Source: Cenarchaeum sp. (lineage in GTDB: Archaea; Thermoproteota; Nitrososphaeria; Nitrososphaerales; Nitrosopumilaceae). Taken from it: 64,000 nucleotides of DNA. This document shows, piece after piece, positions 21,110 through 29,849 of this stretch (within the stretch, counting starts at the first letter, position 1; each line of letters opens with the position of its first letter). The translations under genes and the position numbers were made by a program. The stretch is taken from NCBI GenBank assembly GCA_965206845.1, contig OZ242221.1, positions 1,248,001 to 1,312,000 on the forward strand. Direction: 5' to 3'. The notes below the pieces were generated by a model. It saw only the letters and a program-made list of their open reading frames with translations. It was not told the origin of the DNA and ran no database searches.

Positions 21110-21223
21110 GACTACAGATAAATGCTTAATAGTTTGATATATTGAACATATTTGTACGATGCAGAATGAAACGCAAAAGCAATCGGTTATTGTTAGTTTT
21201 GACATAGAAAAGCCTCGGGCATC

Positions 21224-24200
21224 ATGGAGTCATTTGCCAAAGAGGTTAGCAACGTCGGGCGGGGGGTGTTAGGCGTGCGCGTCTTTGGAGTTGCGCTACT
21301 GTCTATAGCTGTTCTGCTTGCGGGAGCCGCCTCGATCGATTTGGCATACGCGGCCGAATACCCTACACCATACCGGCAGTTGAGTGAGGGGGTTGCCGCA
21401 GAGGCCGTTCAGTGCAACGAGCCAAGGGATCTCTACATACGCAACTCTGATTCCCCCGTCTGTATTACCCAGTCCACGTACGACACCCTCGTAGGTCAAG
21501 GCGTGGATCTGGAGATTCCAACGCTGGCGAGCCTGATAAGCTCGATACAGGATGCTGGGTCCGAGGAGAGCCAACAGATAGTGAAGGCGGCAATCCGAAT
21601 GTATGACATCGATCCGGAGGGCGCGCTTGACGCGATCAACTCACTGTCGGATCCCGGCATTGCACACTATCCGTATGTAATTGATCCGGAGACGAGGACT
21701 CTTGTGGCCGACGGTTCGGATCCCGAACAGGCCGGCAAACTGGCTCCGATCTTTGGGGAGTTTGCGACTAATCCGGCGGACGAGATAATCGACCGCCTGC
21801 AGGCAGGCGATGGCATCTGGGAGGACTACACATCCTTGGATCCAGAAACCGGCAACGACCAGCTCAAGCGTTCGTGGCTTGTACTGCACGACGGCTATGT
21901 CTTTGGTGCGGGTTACTATTATTCGATAGAGGAGAAGATGGTTATCGGAATCCAGAATTCCATCGATCTGCTCAAGTCGGAGGGCGAGGGGGCGTTTGAG
22001 ATCATCAACACGGCAAGCGACAGGGGAAAGTACGCGACGATCTTCGATCCTGTTGCCGAGGTGGAACTGGCTAACTCGAGACAGCCTCACAGGGTAGGCG
22101 GCCCATCTCCACCGGTGCCCATACCATGGACAGACTTTGCGAAGATACTCCGAGCTACCGAGGAGCCCATCTGGGCATACGTACTGATCATCAACCCCGC
22201 GACCGGTGAACCCTCTCAGGCGACTGGCTTGTTTGACGATTACGACAAGTACCTTCTGGCAAACGGGTACACATACCCGGCCGAAGATAAGGTCAAGCGC
22301 ATAGTGGACGAGACCATCGCGATGTACGATGCAGACAAGGAGAACACATTTGGGCTCATTTCCAAAGCGTCACTTGATCCACACTATCCGTTTGTGATAG
22401 ACCCGGTAACCAAGAAGATTCTGGCTCATGGCTCGAACCCTGCAAGGGTGGGCGCCAGTTCCCTGTTCTTTGATGATATTACCGACAGGCCGTTTGATGA
22501 GATCATTGCCGAGTTGGAAACCGATGGCAGCGCTTGGGCAAAGTACCTGTACCCGTATCCGGGCACCGACTACACCGAGGAGAAACTCTCTTGGCTCGTA
22601 ATGCACGACGGGTACATCTTCGGGGCAGGATACTATCAGTCTGCGTTCATTGCGCATCCAGACGCACTGATTGGCGATTCCCCGTTCCCCTCTATCTTCG
22701 ACACGGCAGACGACGAATACCTGGTGTACTCTGGAGACACGGTACTGGACGACCCGTTTGCCTCCTCCACGCACAAGCCCACGCGCGTGTGGGCAGACTT
22801 TGGCGTCGTCGACCTTCCACCCCTGGCATTTGAGCCACGCAACCACGAATTTGATATGGTGAACGGCAACGCCCTCCAGGGCGTATTCATTCCGCATCTT
22901 GCCCCCTTCATAAAGCAGGAAGTGGCCCCGAACCTCAACGACCCGTCCCTCCTCTTCCGTTATGTTGCGCTGCTGCTCAACGGCGCGTTTGACGCCGTCG
23001 CTCCATATCACGAGACTGCCGTCGGAGTCAGCTCTCGCATGGAGCACCGCCCGTCCTCGGAATATGAGACAAACGAGAATCCCAATACCGCCGTGATGCA
23101 TGCCGCATACCGCATGATGCTTGAGTTTGCGCCGCAGCGCGCCGATGGTTGGAGAGACATGATGACGGTTCACGGCTTCGACCCGGACGATGAGAGTGGC
23201 CTCGATCTTGACTGTAGCGTGACCCAGGACGTGTCATCGCCGGTGGCGGTGGGCAACTTTGCGGCAAAGTGCGTGCTTGACGCACACAGGCACGACGGCT
23301 TCAACCAGTTCGGGCTTGAGACCGACGGAGTTCCGTTCGGCGACACCACAGGATACGTCTCCGTAAACACGCATGACATGCTCAACGATCCCTCCCGCTG
23401 GCAGCCTCTGATAGCACCCAATCTACAGGGCGAGCTCGTCCCGCAAACGTTCGTTACGCCCCAGTACGCCAATATAGAACCATTCTCGGACTTTGATCCG
23501 CGTTCTGTCCGCGTGCCGCCTCCGACCAACAGCAACCACGCAGACGCGGAGACCTACAAGGCACAGGTGGACACGGTGATCGAGGCCACCCACAACATAA
23601 CAGACGAGCAGAAGATGCTTATAGAATTCTTCGACAACAAGCTCCGCGGATCGCTGTTCCGGCCCACTCTCAGCAACCACCAAAACACGGTCGACTTTGT
23701 GCAGTGGGACTTTTTGGTCAACATGGCCAACTACGACGCCGGCATAGTGGTATGGCAGGAGAAGGCCCGCCACGATGCAGTGCGCCCGGCCTCGGCAATC
23801 CCATACGTGTACGGCGACGAGTTGATAAAGGCCCGTGGCCCGCCCGGAGGGGATCCAGTGGAGGTTCCAGCCAGCGAGTGGACGACCTACGTCAACACGG
23901 CAAACCATCCGGAGTACCCGTCGGCAACCGCCTCCTTCTGCGCAACCGATGCGGTTGTGTGGAGGCTTTACAGCGGCACGGACGAGATAGGCAAGTATGT
24001 CAACATGGATGGCGAGCTGGTGGGAGCATACGAGGGAGTGCGCCCGGCCGGTTCGGCGGCATGGGAACCGGGACAGACGCCGGTAGAGGACGTCCACCTG
24101 GGCTTTGATTCTTGGAGTGAGTACGCGGAGGAGTGTGGCGCCAGCCGCGTCTGGGCCGGAGTCCACTTTTGGCCGTCTGTGCAGGTGTTAGATGAGATAG

Positions 24201-24331
24201 GCGAAGTCGTGGGCACGGCCTCCTTCAAGTATTGGGAGTCCCTGATGCTCGGCGAGGCTCCGCTCAGGGGAGAGTTCAAGCCACTGGAGCCGGATCCGCT
24301 CCTTGACGAGCCGTTCTGGGCTGGTCGCTAA
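21224..24331 (+). CDS. Secreted multidomain protein: two-Cys module + 3 Cache-like domains + vanadium-haloperoxidase/PAP2-type catalytic domain
   Basis: Signal peptide; three repeats of YP(F/Y)VID...A(H/D)G...W..Y..P...K.SWLV.HDGY.FGAGYY type (middle one degenerate); C-terminal K-x6-RP (KARHDAVRP), HPEYPSAT and SR-x5-H (SRVWAGVH). Confidence 0.8.
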   Translation: MESFAKEVSNVGRGVLGVRVFGVALLSIAVLLAGAASIDLAYAAEYPTPYRQLSEGVAAEAVQCNEPRDLYIRNSDSPVCITQSTYDTLVGQGVDLEIPTLASLISSIQDAGSEESQQIVKAAIRMYDIDPEGALDAINSLSDPGIAHYPYVIDPETRTLVADGSDPEQAGKLAPIFGEFATNPADEIIDRLQAGDGIWEDYTSLDPETGNDQLKRSWLVLHDGYVFGAGYYYSIEEKMVIGIQNSIDLLKSEGEGAFEIINTASDRGKYATIFDPVAEVELANSRQPHRVGGPSPPVPIPWTDFAKILRATEEPIWAYVLIINPATGEPSQATGLFDDYDKYLLANGYTYPAEDKVKRIVDETIAMYDADKENTFGLISKASLDPHYPFVIDPVTKKILAHGSNPARVGASSLFFDDITDRPFDEIIAELETDGSAWAKYLYPYPGTDYTEEKLSWLVMHDGYIFGAGYYQSAFIAHPDALIGDSPFPSIFDTADDEYLVYSGDTVLDDPFASSTHKPTRVWADFGVVDLPPLAFEPRNHEFDMVNGNALQGVFIPHLAPFIKQEVAPNLNDPSLLFRYVALLLNGAFDAVAPYHETAVGVSSRMEHRPSSEYETNENPNTAVMHAAYRMMLEFAPQRADGWRDMMTVHGFDPDDESGLDLDCSVTQDVSSPVAVGNFAAKCVLDAHRHDGFNQFGLETDGVPFGDTTGYVSVNTHDMLNDPSRWQPLIAPNLQGELVPQTFVTPQYANIEPFSDFDPRSVRVPPPTNSNHADAETYKAQVDTVIEATHNITDEQKMLIEFFDNKLRGSLFRPTLSNHQNTVDFVQWDFLVNMANYDAGIVVWQEKARHDAVRPASAIPYVYGDELIKARGPPGGDPVEVPASEWTTYVNTANHPEYPSATASFCATDAVVWRLYSGTDEIGKYVNMDGELVGAYEGVRPAGSAAWEPGQTPVEDVHLGFDSWSEYAEECGASRVWAGVHFWPSVQVLDEIGEVVGTASFKYWESLMLGEAPLRGEFKPLEPDPLLDEPFWAGR

Positions 24332-24360
24332 ACGATGCCTGCATTCGGCGTGGGCGGGTA

Positions 24361-25701
24361 ATGGCAAAAAGCAAAAGAAGAATAGTCATTCTCGGAGGCG
24401 GGTTTGCAGGAACAGGGTGCACCAGAAAGCTGGAATCGTACTTTCGGAACGACGAGAGTATCGAGATGGTCCTGATAAGCGAGGACAACTTTCTCCTGTC
24501 TACCCCCATGCTGCCGCAGGTGGCCTCTGGCATGGCAGAGGCAAGGCACATCATAACGCCGATCAGGGCAATCTGCAAAAAGACGACGTTCTATGAAGGC
24601 CAGGTAAGAAGCATAGATCCACACGGAAGGATTGTAAACCTGCGCAGAACCGGCAGAAAGCGCGGGATCGGTGTCCGTTATGACTTTCTCGTCATCGCGC
24701 TGGGAAGCAAGACCAACTTCTTTGGCATGAAAGACGTTGAAAAGCACGCGCACACGATGAAGACGCTCAATGACGCCCTGGTACTAAGAAACAAGACCAT
24801 GGACATGCTTGAGCAGTCAGAAACTGAATTCGATCCAATCCACAGGAAAAGCATGCTGACGTTTGTGATTGTGGGCGGCGGGTTTGCGGGAATCGAGACC
24901 GCCGGGGAGCTGATGGATCTGCTGATAGATGCCAGAAAGCACTACCCGGGCATCCGTGAGGATCACATAAGCGTCATAGTGGTAGAATCAGGCCCTACCA
25001 TAATTCCAGGGTTCGGCGAGAAGCTGGCAAAGTTCGCCTATGGGGCGGTAGTAAAGCGCGGAATAGACATCAGGCTAAACTCCGCAGTTACCGGTTTTAA
25101 CGGGATAGAGGCCACCATAAAAAAACTGCGTGGCGAGGGGGCCGGACAGGAGGAGGTAGTCAGAACCAACACGCTGGTGTGGACTGCCGGCGTAGCAGCG
25201 GCCGATGCGATAAGAAATTCAATGCTCAAGACCGAGAGGGGAAAGCTGGTTGTAAACGAGTTTCTCGAGTTGTCTGGCTTTCCGGGGGTTTTTGCAGCAG
25301 GAGACTGCGCGCTGTGCATCAATCCCGAAACAAAGCGGCCGTTTCCCCCGACGGCCCAGATAGCGGAGGCCCAGGCAAAAACCGCGGCCGCTAACCTTCA
25401 CGCGCTGATAAGAAACAAGAAAAAGGCAAAGTTTGATTACAGGGCAAAGGGCCACATGGCAATAATTGGAAAGCGCGCCGGCATTGCGACGTTCATGGGC
25501 AGAAACATTGTGGGTTTTTGGGCATGGATTCTGTGGAGGAACATGTACCTCTCAAGAATACCGGGGACGGAGAAAAGGATCAGAGTGCTCCTAGACTGGA
25601 CGATTGACCTGTTTTTTGGCAGGGATGTGTCAAGAATGGATGTCATGAAAAAGCCCCGGAGTGTGGGGTTCAGGGAGACCGAGGAGCAGGACATCTGGTA
25701 G
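24361..25701 (+). CDS. NDH-2-like FAD/NAD(P)H oxidoreductase
   Basis: Two GGGFAG dinucleotide-binding motifs, E-T-A-G-E, WTAGV, GDCA and PTAQ-x-A motifs. Confidence 0.88.
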   Translation: MAKSKRRIVILGGGFAGTGCTRKLESYFRNDESIEMVLISEDNFLLSTPMLPQVASGMAEARHIITPIRAICKKTTFYEGQVRSIDPHGRIVNLRRTGRKRGIGVRYDFLVIALGSKTNFFGMKDVEKHAHTMKTLNDALVLRNKTMDMLEQSETEFDPIHRKSMLTFVIVGGGFAGIETAGELMDLLIDARKHYPGIREDHISVIVVESGPTIIPGFGEKLAKFAYGAVVKRGIDIRLNSAVTGFNGIEATIKKLRGEGAGQEEVVRTNTLVWTAGVAAADAIRNSMLKTERGKLVVNEFLELSGFPGVFAAGDCALCINPETKRPFPPTAQIAEAQAKTAAANLHALIRNKKKAKFDYRAKGHMAIIGKRAGIATFMGRNIVGFWAWILWRNMYLSRIPGTEKRIRVLLDWTIDLFFGRDVSRMDVMKKPRSVGFRETEEQDIW

Positions 25702-26360
25702 CCGTCCGAGCGCGCGCCGTGTAGGCCAAATGCGGCATCTGCATGCACACCGGGCGTTGTCCAACCGGCGAGCGCGTTACTGCGCGGGAGTCGCATGCGA
25801 AAGAACCCTGACATGGGATTGCGGCGCGCATAATCTGCCACAACACAGAACAGGTGGACGGATCCTGAGACATGATCCGCAATTAAGAATCGGGTCTTCG
25901 ATGCCCATAATCTTACAGATGTGCGCTCCAAAGCATGCAACTTTCGTATGATTATGCCAAAGATCGTGCTCTAATGTGCCTGCGTGCTAATTACGAATCA
26001 CATCTCTGGACAAGACGGCAGGCCCGCACACAAAACGATCGCCGCAACGGCATCCCGGCAGGCGCGGTGGAGGTCGTGCCGTATGCGGGGGAGCCTGCGC
26101 ATCGTATCGCTGAACTTGTGGGATTCCGCGGTATCTGTTAGGCCGGGAAGGCCGGCAAAATGCCACAAACTCGGAGGATTTGCGAATGTCTGGCGCCGCC
26201 TCACAGGGGTGATGTGCTGTGAAGATTTGTCCGCCGATCTGGAAACTATAGGAACGGGTATTGCGGACTCTTGGGAGTTCCCCGCCGCGTGGAGCCGCGG
26301 GCCGAACTGCCGCCTGGAGGCGGCAAAACGTGCCTAAACGACGCGGACAGGAATGGAGGT

Positions 26361-27065
26361 TCACATATCCATCAGTTTGAGGGCCACCGTTCTACCGACC
26401 ACCACGCCATCTTCGTTGAGCTCATCGGCTGCGGTAAGGGTGGTTGGGAATTCGGTTCCGTCCTTTCTGAGCATCCATATCACGGCCGCATCGCGGTATC
26501 CTGCCCTCCAGTTCTCCATATTTGCATGCAGGTTGCCCTTGCTTCTGGGAGCCGTGTGCTCATAAAGGCTGATTCCGATGACCTCGTCTTTTGTGTAACC
26601 CAGATTGTCCAGATAGGACTGGCTGCAGTTCACTATCGTGCCGATGTAGTCTACGGACCTGCGCAGGATATCAGGATCCTCGTAGTCATCCCTCGAGTCG
26701 ACATCGTACAGATCCTGCATCGCCTTGATGACGGAGACATCTCTCATGTCCACGTCCATCCCGATCACTTCGTTGTTTTGATACCTCTTTCTGACTACCT
26801 GTAGCACGTCAATGACATCTCCCCCCTTTGTCATCAGCTTGTTTTTTTTGGAGATGTTTGTAGCGGGCGTATCCCTCCATTTGGCAATCCGTGCCACCAT
26901 CTCCTTGCGGTACCTTTCCGTCGTGTGATCCAAGACGGAGGCGCCGATTACCTCCTCTACGGTGTATCCCAACCTCATGGCATAGTGCATGTTGCAGTCC
27001 CGAATTATGCCATCTATGTCTACGGATCGGTACAGTATGGGTATCGTCGCTTGTACGTTCACCAT
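26361..27065 (-). CDS. Stand-alone tandem PAS-domain protein
   Basis: Two repeats of D-x-x-G-x-I-x-x-C(N/S)-x-x-Y-x-x-x-LGYT-x-(E/D)EVIG-x-S-x-x-(D/E)HT, with RKDG-x-x-FP in the second. Confidence 0.82.
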   Translation of the reverse strand: MVNVQATIPILYRSVDIDGIIRDCNMHYAMRLGYTVEEVIGASVLDHTTERYRKEMVARIAKWRDTPATNISKKNKLMTKGGDVIDVLQVVRKRYQNNEVIGMDVDMRDVSVIKAMQDLYDVDSRDDYEDPDILRRSVDYIGTIVNCSQSYLDNLGYTKDEVIGISLYEHTAPRSKGNLHANMENWRAGYRDAAVIWMLRKDGTEFPTTLTAADELNEDGVVVGRTVALKLMDM

Positions 27066-27141
27066 GCTTGTGTGTGGAAATATCTAGATATGTGTTGCGA
27101 GGAATAAGTTTGTGTGTGGGATCCAGAAAGCAGTTCCCCCC

Positions 27142-28095
27142 TCACGCCGCATGATACTCCTCCCCTGTCTGCTCGTCAATAACGGCCTCTCCCTTTGGAG
27201 GCATCTTGCGCACAAACGCCTGGGCGGGTGTCTCCCGCTCGTCCCTGTTCAGTGACATGTGCGGCCTGTCATAATTGTACCACTGCATGAACAGATCTAT
27301 GGGATCGCTCTTGCGCATCAGTATTGCCTCAAACTCGGGCAGCTTGCGCTGGATCTCTCCGTGCAGCCTCTCCAGCTTGCCGTTGGTCTGCGGGTGCTTG
27401 ACGCGCGACAGAATCTGGTGGATTCCCAGCCCGACCAGCCTCTTCTCGAAATCAGACGCCCCCTTCCTCTTTGCCTCTGACGCGTTGGCATAGAACTGGG
27501 AGTCGTGGCCGATCATTATCGAAGCCGACTTGCCGTGGTTCTTTATGGCCCCCTCCAGCACGGCCAGCGCGTTCTCCGTAGTGGCATGCTCAAACGCCCC
27601 GTACCCGGTGACAAACCGCGAGGCGTAGTCCTCATAGCACAGGAACCACCTGCCGTCGTCTGACAGCTTGAAGTCCGTGTGCCGCATGGAGTTGGAGTAG
27701 GTGCGCTAGTAGCGAACCCACTTCCGTCTCTGGCTCTTCTTTGGCTGCCCGGATGCCAGATGCTCGTACCTCAATATCTTGTGTATGGCGCTGTGGGGGA
27801 TATTTATTCCGGTGCTGTCCCTTATGCCGTCCTGCATGCCTGTAGCCCTCAAGTGCTCCCTGTAGCGGACAGAGAGCACTGCAGAGCGCTCCCGGCGGTC
27901 CGGGAGGCCGTTCTCGGGTCTGCCCATGCGTGCAGGATAGAGTATCTTGCCGGCATCCGCGTGCTTGTACCGGACCCAGAGCTTCTTGACCCAGCGCGTA
28001 GATACGTCCATGGTCTGGGCAACATGGTTGGCGGTGGCCCCCTTTCGCTTCTGGGCTATGATCCACCTTACCTTGGATTCATCTAGTTTTTTCAT
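27142..28095 (-). pseudogene. IS481-like (rve/integrase-core DDE) transposase with an internal TAG stop
   Basis: N-terminal HTH; in-frame TAG at 27706-27708 (WVRY*RTYSNS); downstream HTDFK, EDYASRFV and PQTNGKLER motifs in the same frame. Confidence 0.85.
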
Positions 28096-28301
28096 TACAC
28101 GAACCCTTCGGCCGCCTATATGTCTCCACAGCCTGGCGTATCCTGGCCGGATCCGAGCGCCTTCATTCCCGGTAAGGGAAACGCTCACACTGCCTTTCAG
28201 GCGTTTTGCTCCTTCCGGCAGGAGGTGAACTACTTTTTGGACTAGATACCGCCGCTCTTCCCAAAAATAATATATGTATATCAATATCTCAAGTTTCCGT
28301 T

Positions 28302-29849
28302 ATGTACTCGGACAAGCTTGACGAATTCTCACAGCGGATGAGGCAGACATCCGAGGCAGGCGGCGAGGAGCGCATACTGGCCCAGCACGGCAAGGGCAAG
28401 CTTACCGCCAGGGAGAGGATCGGCCTTTTGCTTGACGAGGGAAGCTTTGTGGAGATAGACTCCTTGGTGACGCACCACTACCACGAGTTTGGCATGCAGA
28501 AGAAAAAGTTCTACGGCGACGGCGTAGTCGGGGGCTACGGCAATGTCGACGGCAGACAGATCTATGTCTTTGCCTATGACTTTACCGTGCTGGGGGGAAC
28601 CCTCAGCCAGATGGGGGCCAAAAAGATCACAAAGCTCATGGATCACGCCCTTCGCAACGGATGCCCGATAATCGGCATCATGGACTCGGGAGGCGCAAGA
28701 ATCCAGGAAGGAATCATGAGCCTTGACGGCTTTGCAGACATCTTTTACCACAACCAGCTGGCGTCCGGTGTCATTCCACAGATTACCGCCAGCACAGGCC
28801 CGTCTGCCGGCGGCTCGGTATACTCGCCCGCGATGACTGACTTTGTAATTATGGTGGAGAAGGCAGGCACCATGTTCGTTACGGGGCCCGACGTGGTAAA
28901 GACGGTTGTGGGCGAGGACATCTCCTTTGAGGATCTGGGCGGAGCAGTGACCCACGGCACCAAGAGTGGTGTGGCGCACTTTGTGGCGCAGAGCGAGTAC
29001 CAGTGCATGGACTACATCCGGAAGATACTCTCCTTTATGCCACAGAACAACACGCAGGAGCCGCCCCGGGTAAAGACCGGCGACGACCCCAACAGGATGG
29101 ACCACAACCTGATCAAGATAATGCCCGACAACCCGCTCCAGCCATACGACATGAAGGAGATCATAAGCTCCATCGTGGACGATCACGAGTTCTTTGAGGT
29201 ACACGAGCTCTTTGCGCCAAACATTGTCGTGGGGTTTGCGCGCATGAACGGCAGAACGGTGGGCATAGTGGCAAACAACCCGCTGCACCTGGCGGCCGCA
29301 CTGGATATCGACTCCTCGAACAAGGCGGCGCGCTTTATCAGGCTCTGCGACTCGTTTAACATACCGATAATTACGCTGGTGGATACCCCGGGATACATGC
29401 CGGGCTCAGATCAGGAACACCACGGAATCATCAGGCACGGGAGCAAGCTGCTTTATGCATACTGCGAGGCCACCGTGCCCAAGATCACACTGGTCATAGG
29501 AAAGGCCTACGGCGGGGCATACATCGCCATGGGAAGCAAGAACCTGCGGACCGACATCAACTACGCGTGGCCTACCGCCCGGTGTGCAGTCCTGGGGGCA
29601 GAGGCGGCCGTCCGCATAATGAACAGAAAGGATCTGGCCGCGTCGAAAGATCCCGAGACCCTGAAGAAAGACCTGATCGACAACTTTGCATCCAAGTTTG
29701 ACAACCCCTATGTCGCCGCCTCCCACGGAACCGTGGACTCGGTGATCGATCCCGCCCAGACCCGACCCATGCTCATCAAGGCACTGGAGATGCTTACCAA
29801 CAAGCGCGACCAGCATCTGCCAAGAAAGCACGGAAACATCAACCTGTGA
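28302..29849 (+). CDS. pccB: Acetyl-/propionyl-CoA carboxylase, carboxyltransferase subunit (3HP/4HB cycle)
   Basis: GKLTARERI, DSGGARIQEG, VDTPGY, AYGGAY and KHGNINL motifs; ATG at 28302. Confidence 0.95.
   Translation: MYSDKLDEFSQRMRQTSEAGGEERILAQHGKGKLTARERIGLLLDEGSFVEIDSLVTHHYHEFGMQKKKFYGDGVVGGYGNVDGRQIYVFAYDFTVLGGTLSQMGAKKITKLMDHALRNGCPIIGIMDSGGARIQEGIMSLDGFADIFYHNQLASGVIPQITASTGPSAGGSVYSPAMTDFVIMVEKAGTMFVTGPDVVKTVVGEDISFEDLGGAVTHGTKSGVAHFVAQSEYQCMDYIRKILSFMPQNNTQEPPRVKTGDDPNRMDHNLIKIMPDNPLQPYDMKEIISSIVDDHEFFEVHELFAPNIVVGFARMNGRTVGIVANNPLHLAAALDIDSSNKAARFIRLCDSFNIPIITLVDTPGYMPGSDQEHHGIIRHGSKLLYAYCEATVPKITLVIGKAYGGAYIAMGSKNLRTDINYAWPTARCAVLGAEAAVRIMNRKDLAASKDPETLKKDLIDNFASKFDNPYVAASHGTVDSVIDPAQTRPMLIKALEMLTNKRDQHLPRKHGNINL

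Noticed and set aside
25702-26360. Overlapping short ORFs between NDH-2 and the PAS gene
   Set aside because: No protein-like motifs; likely decayed or non-coding DNA.
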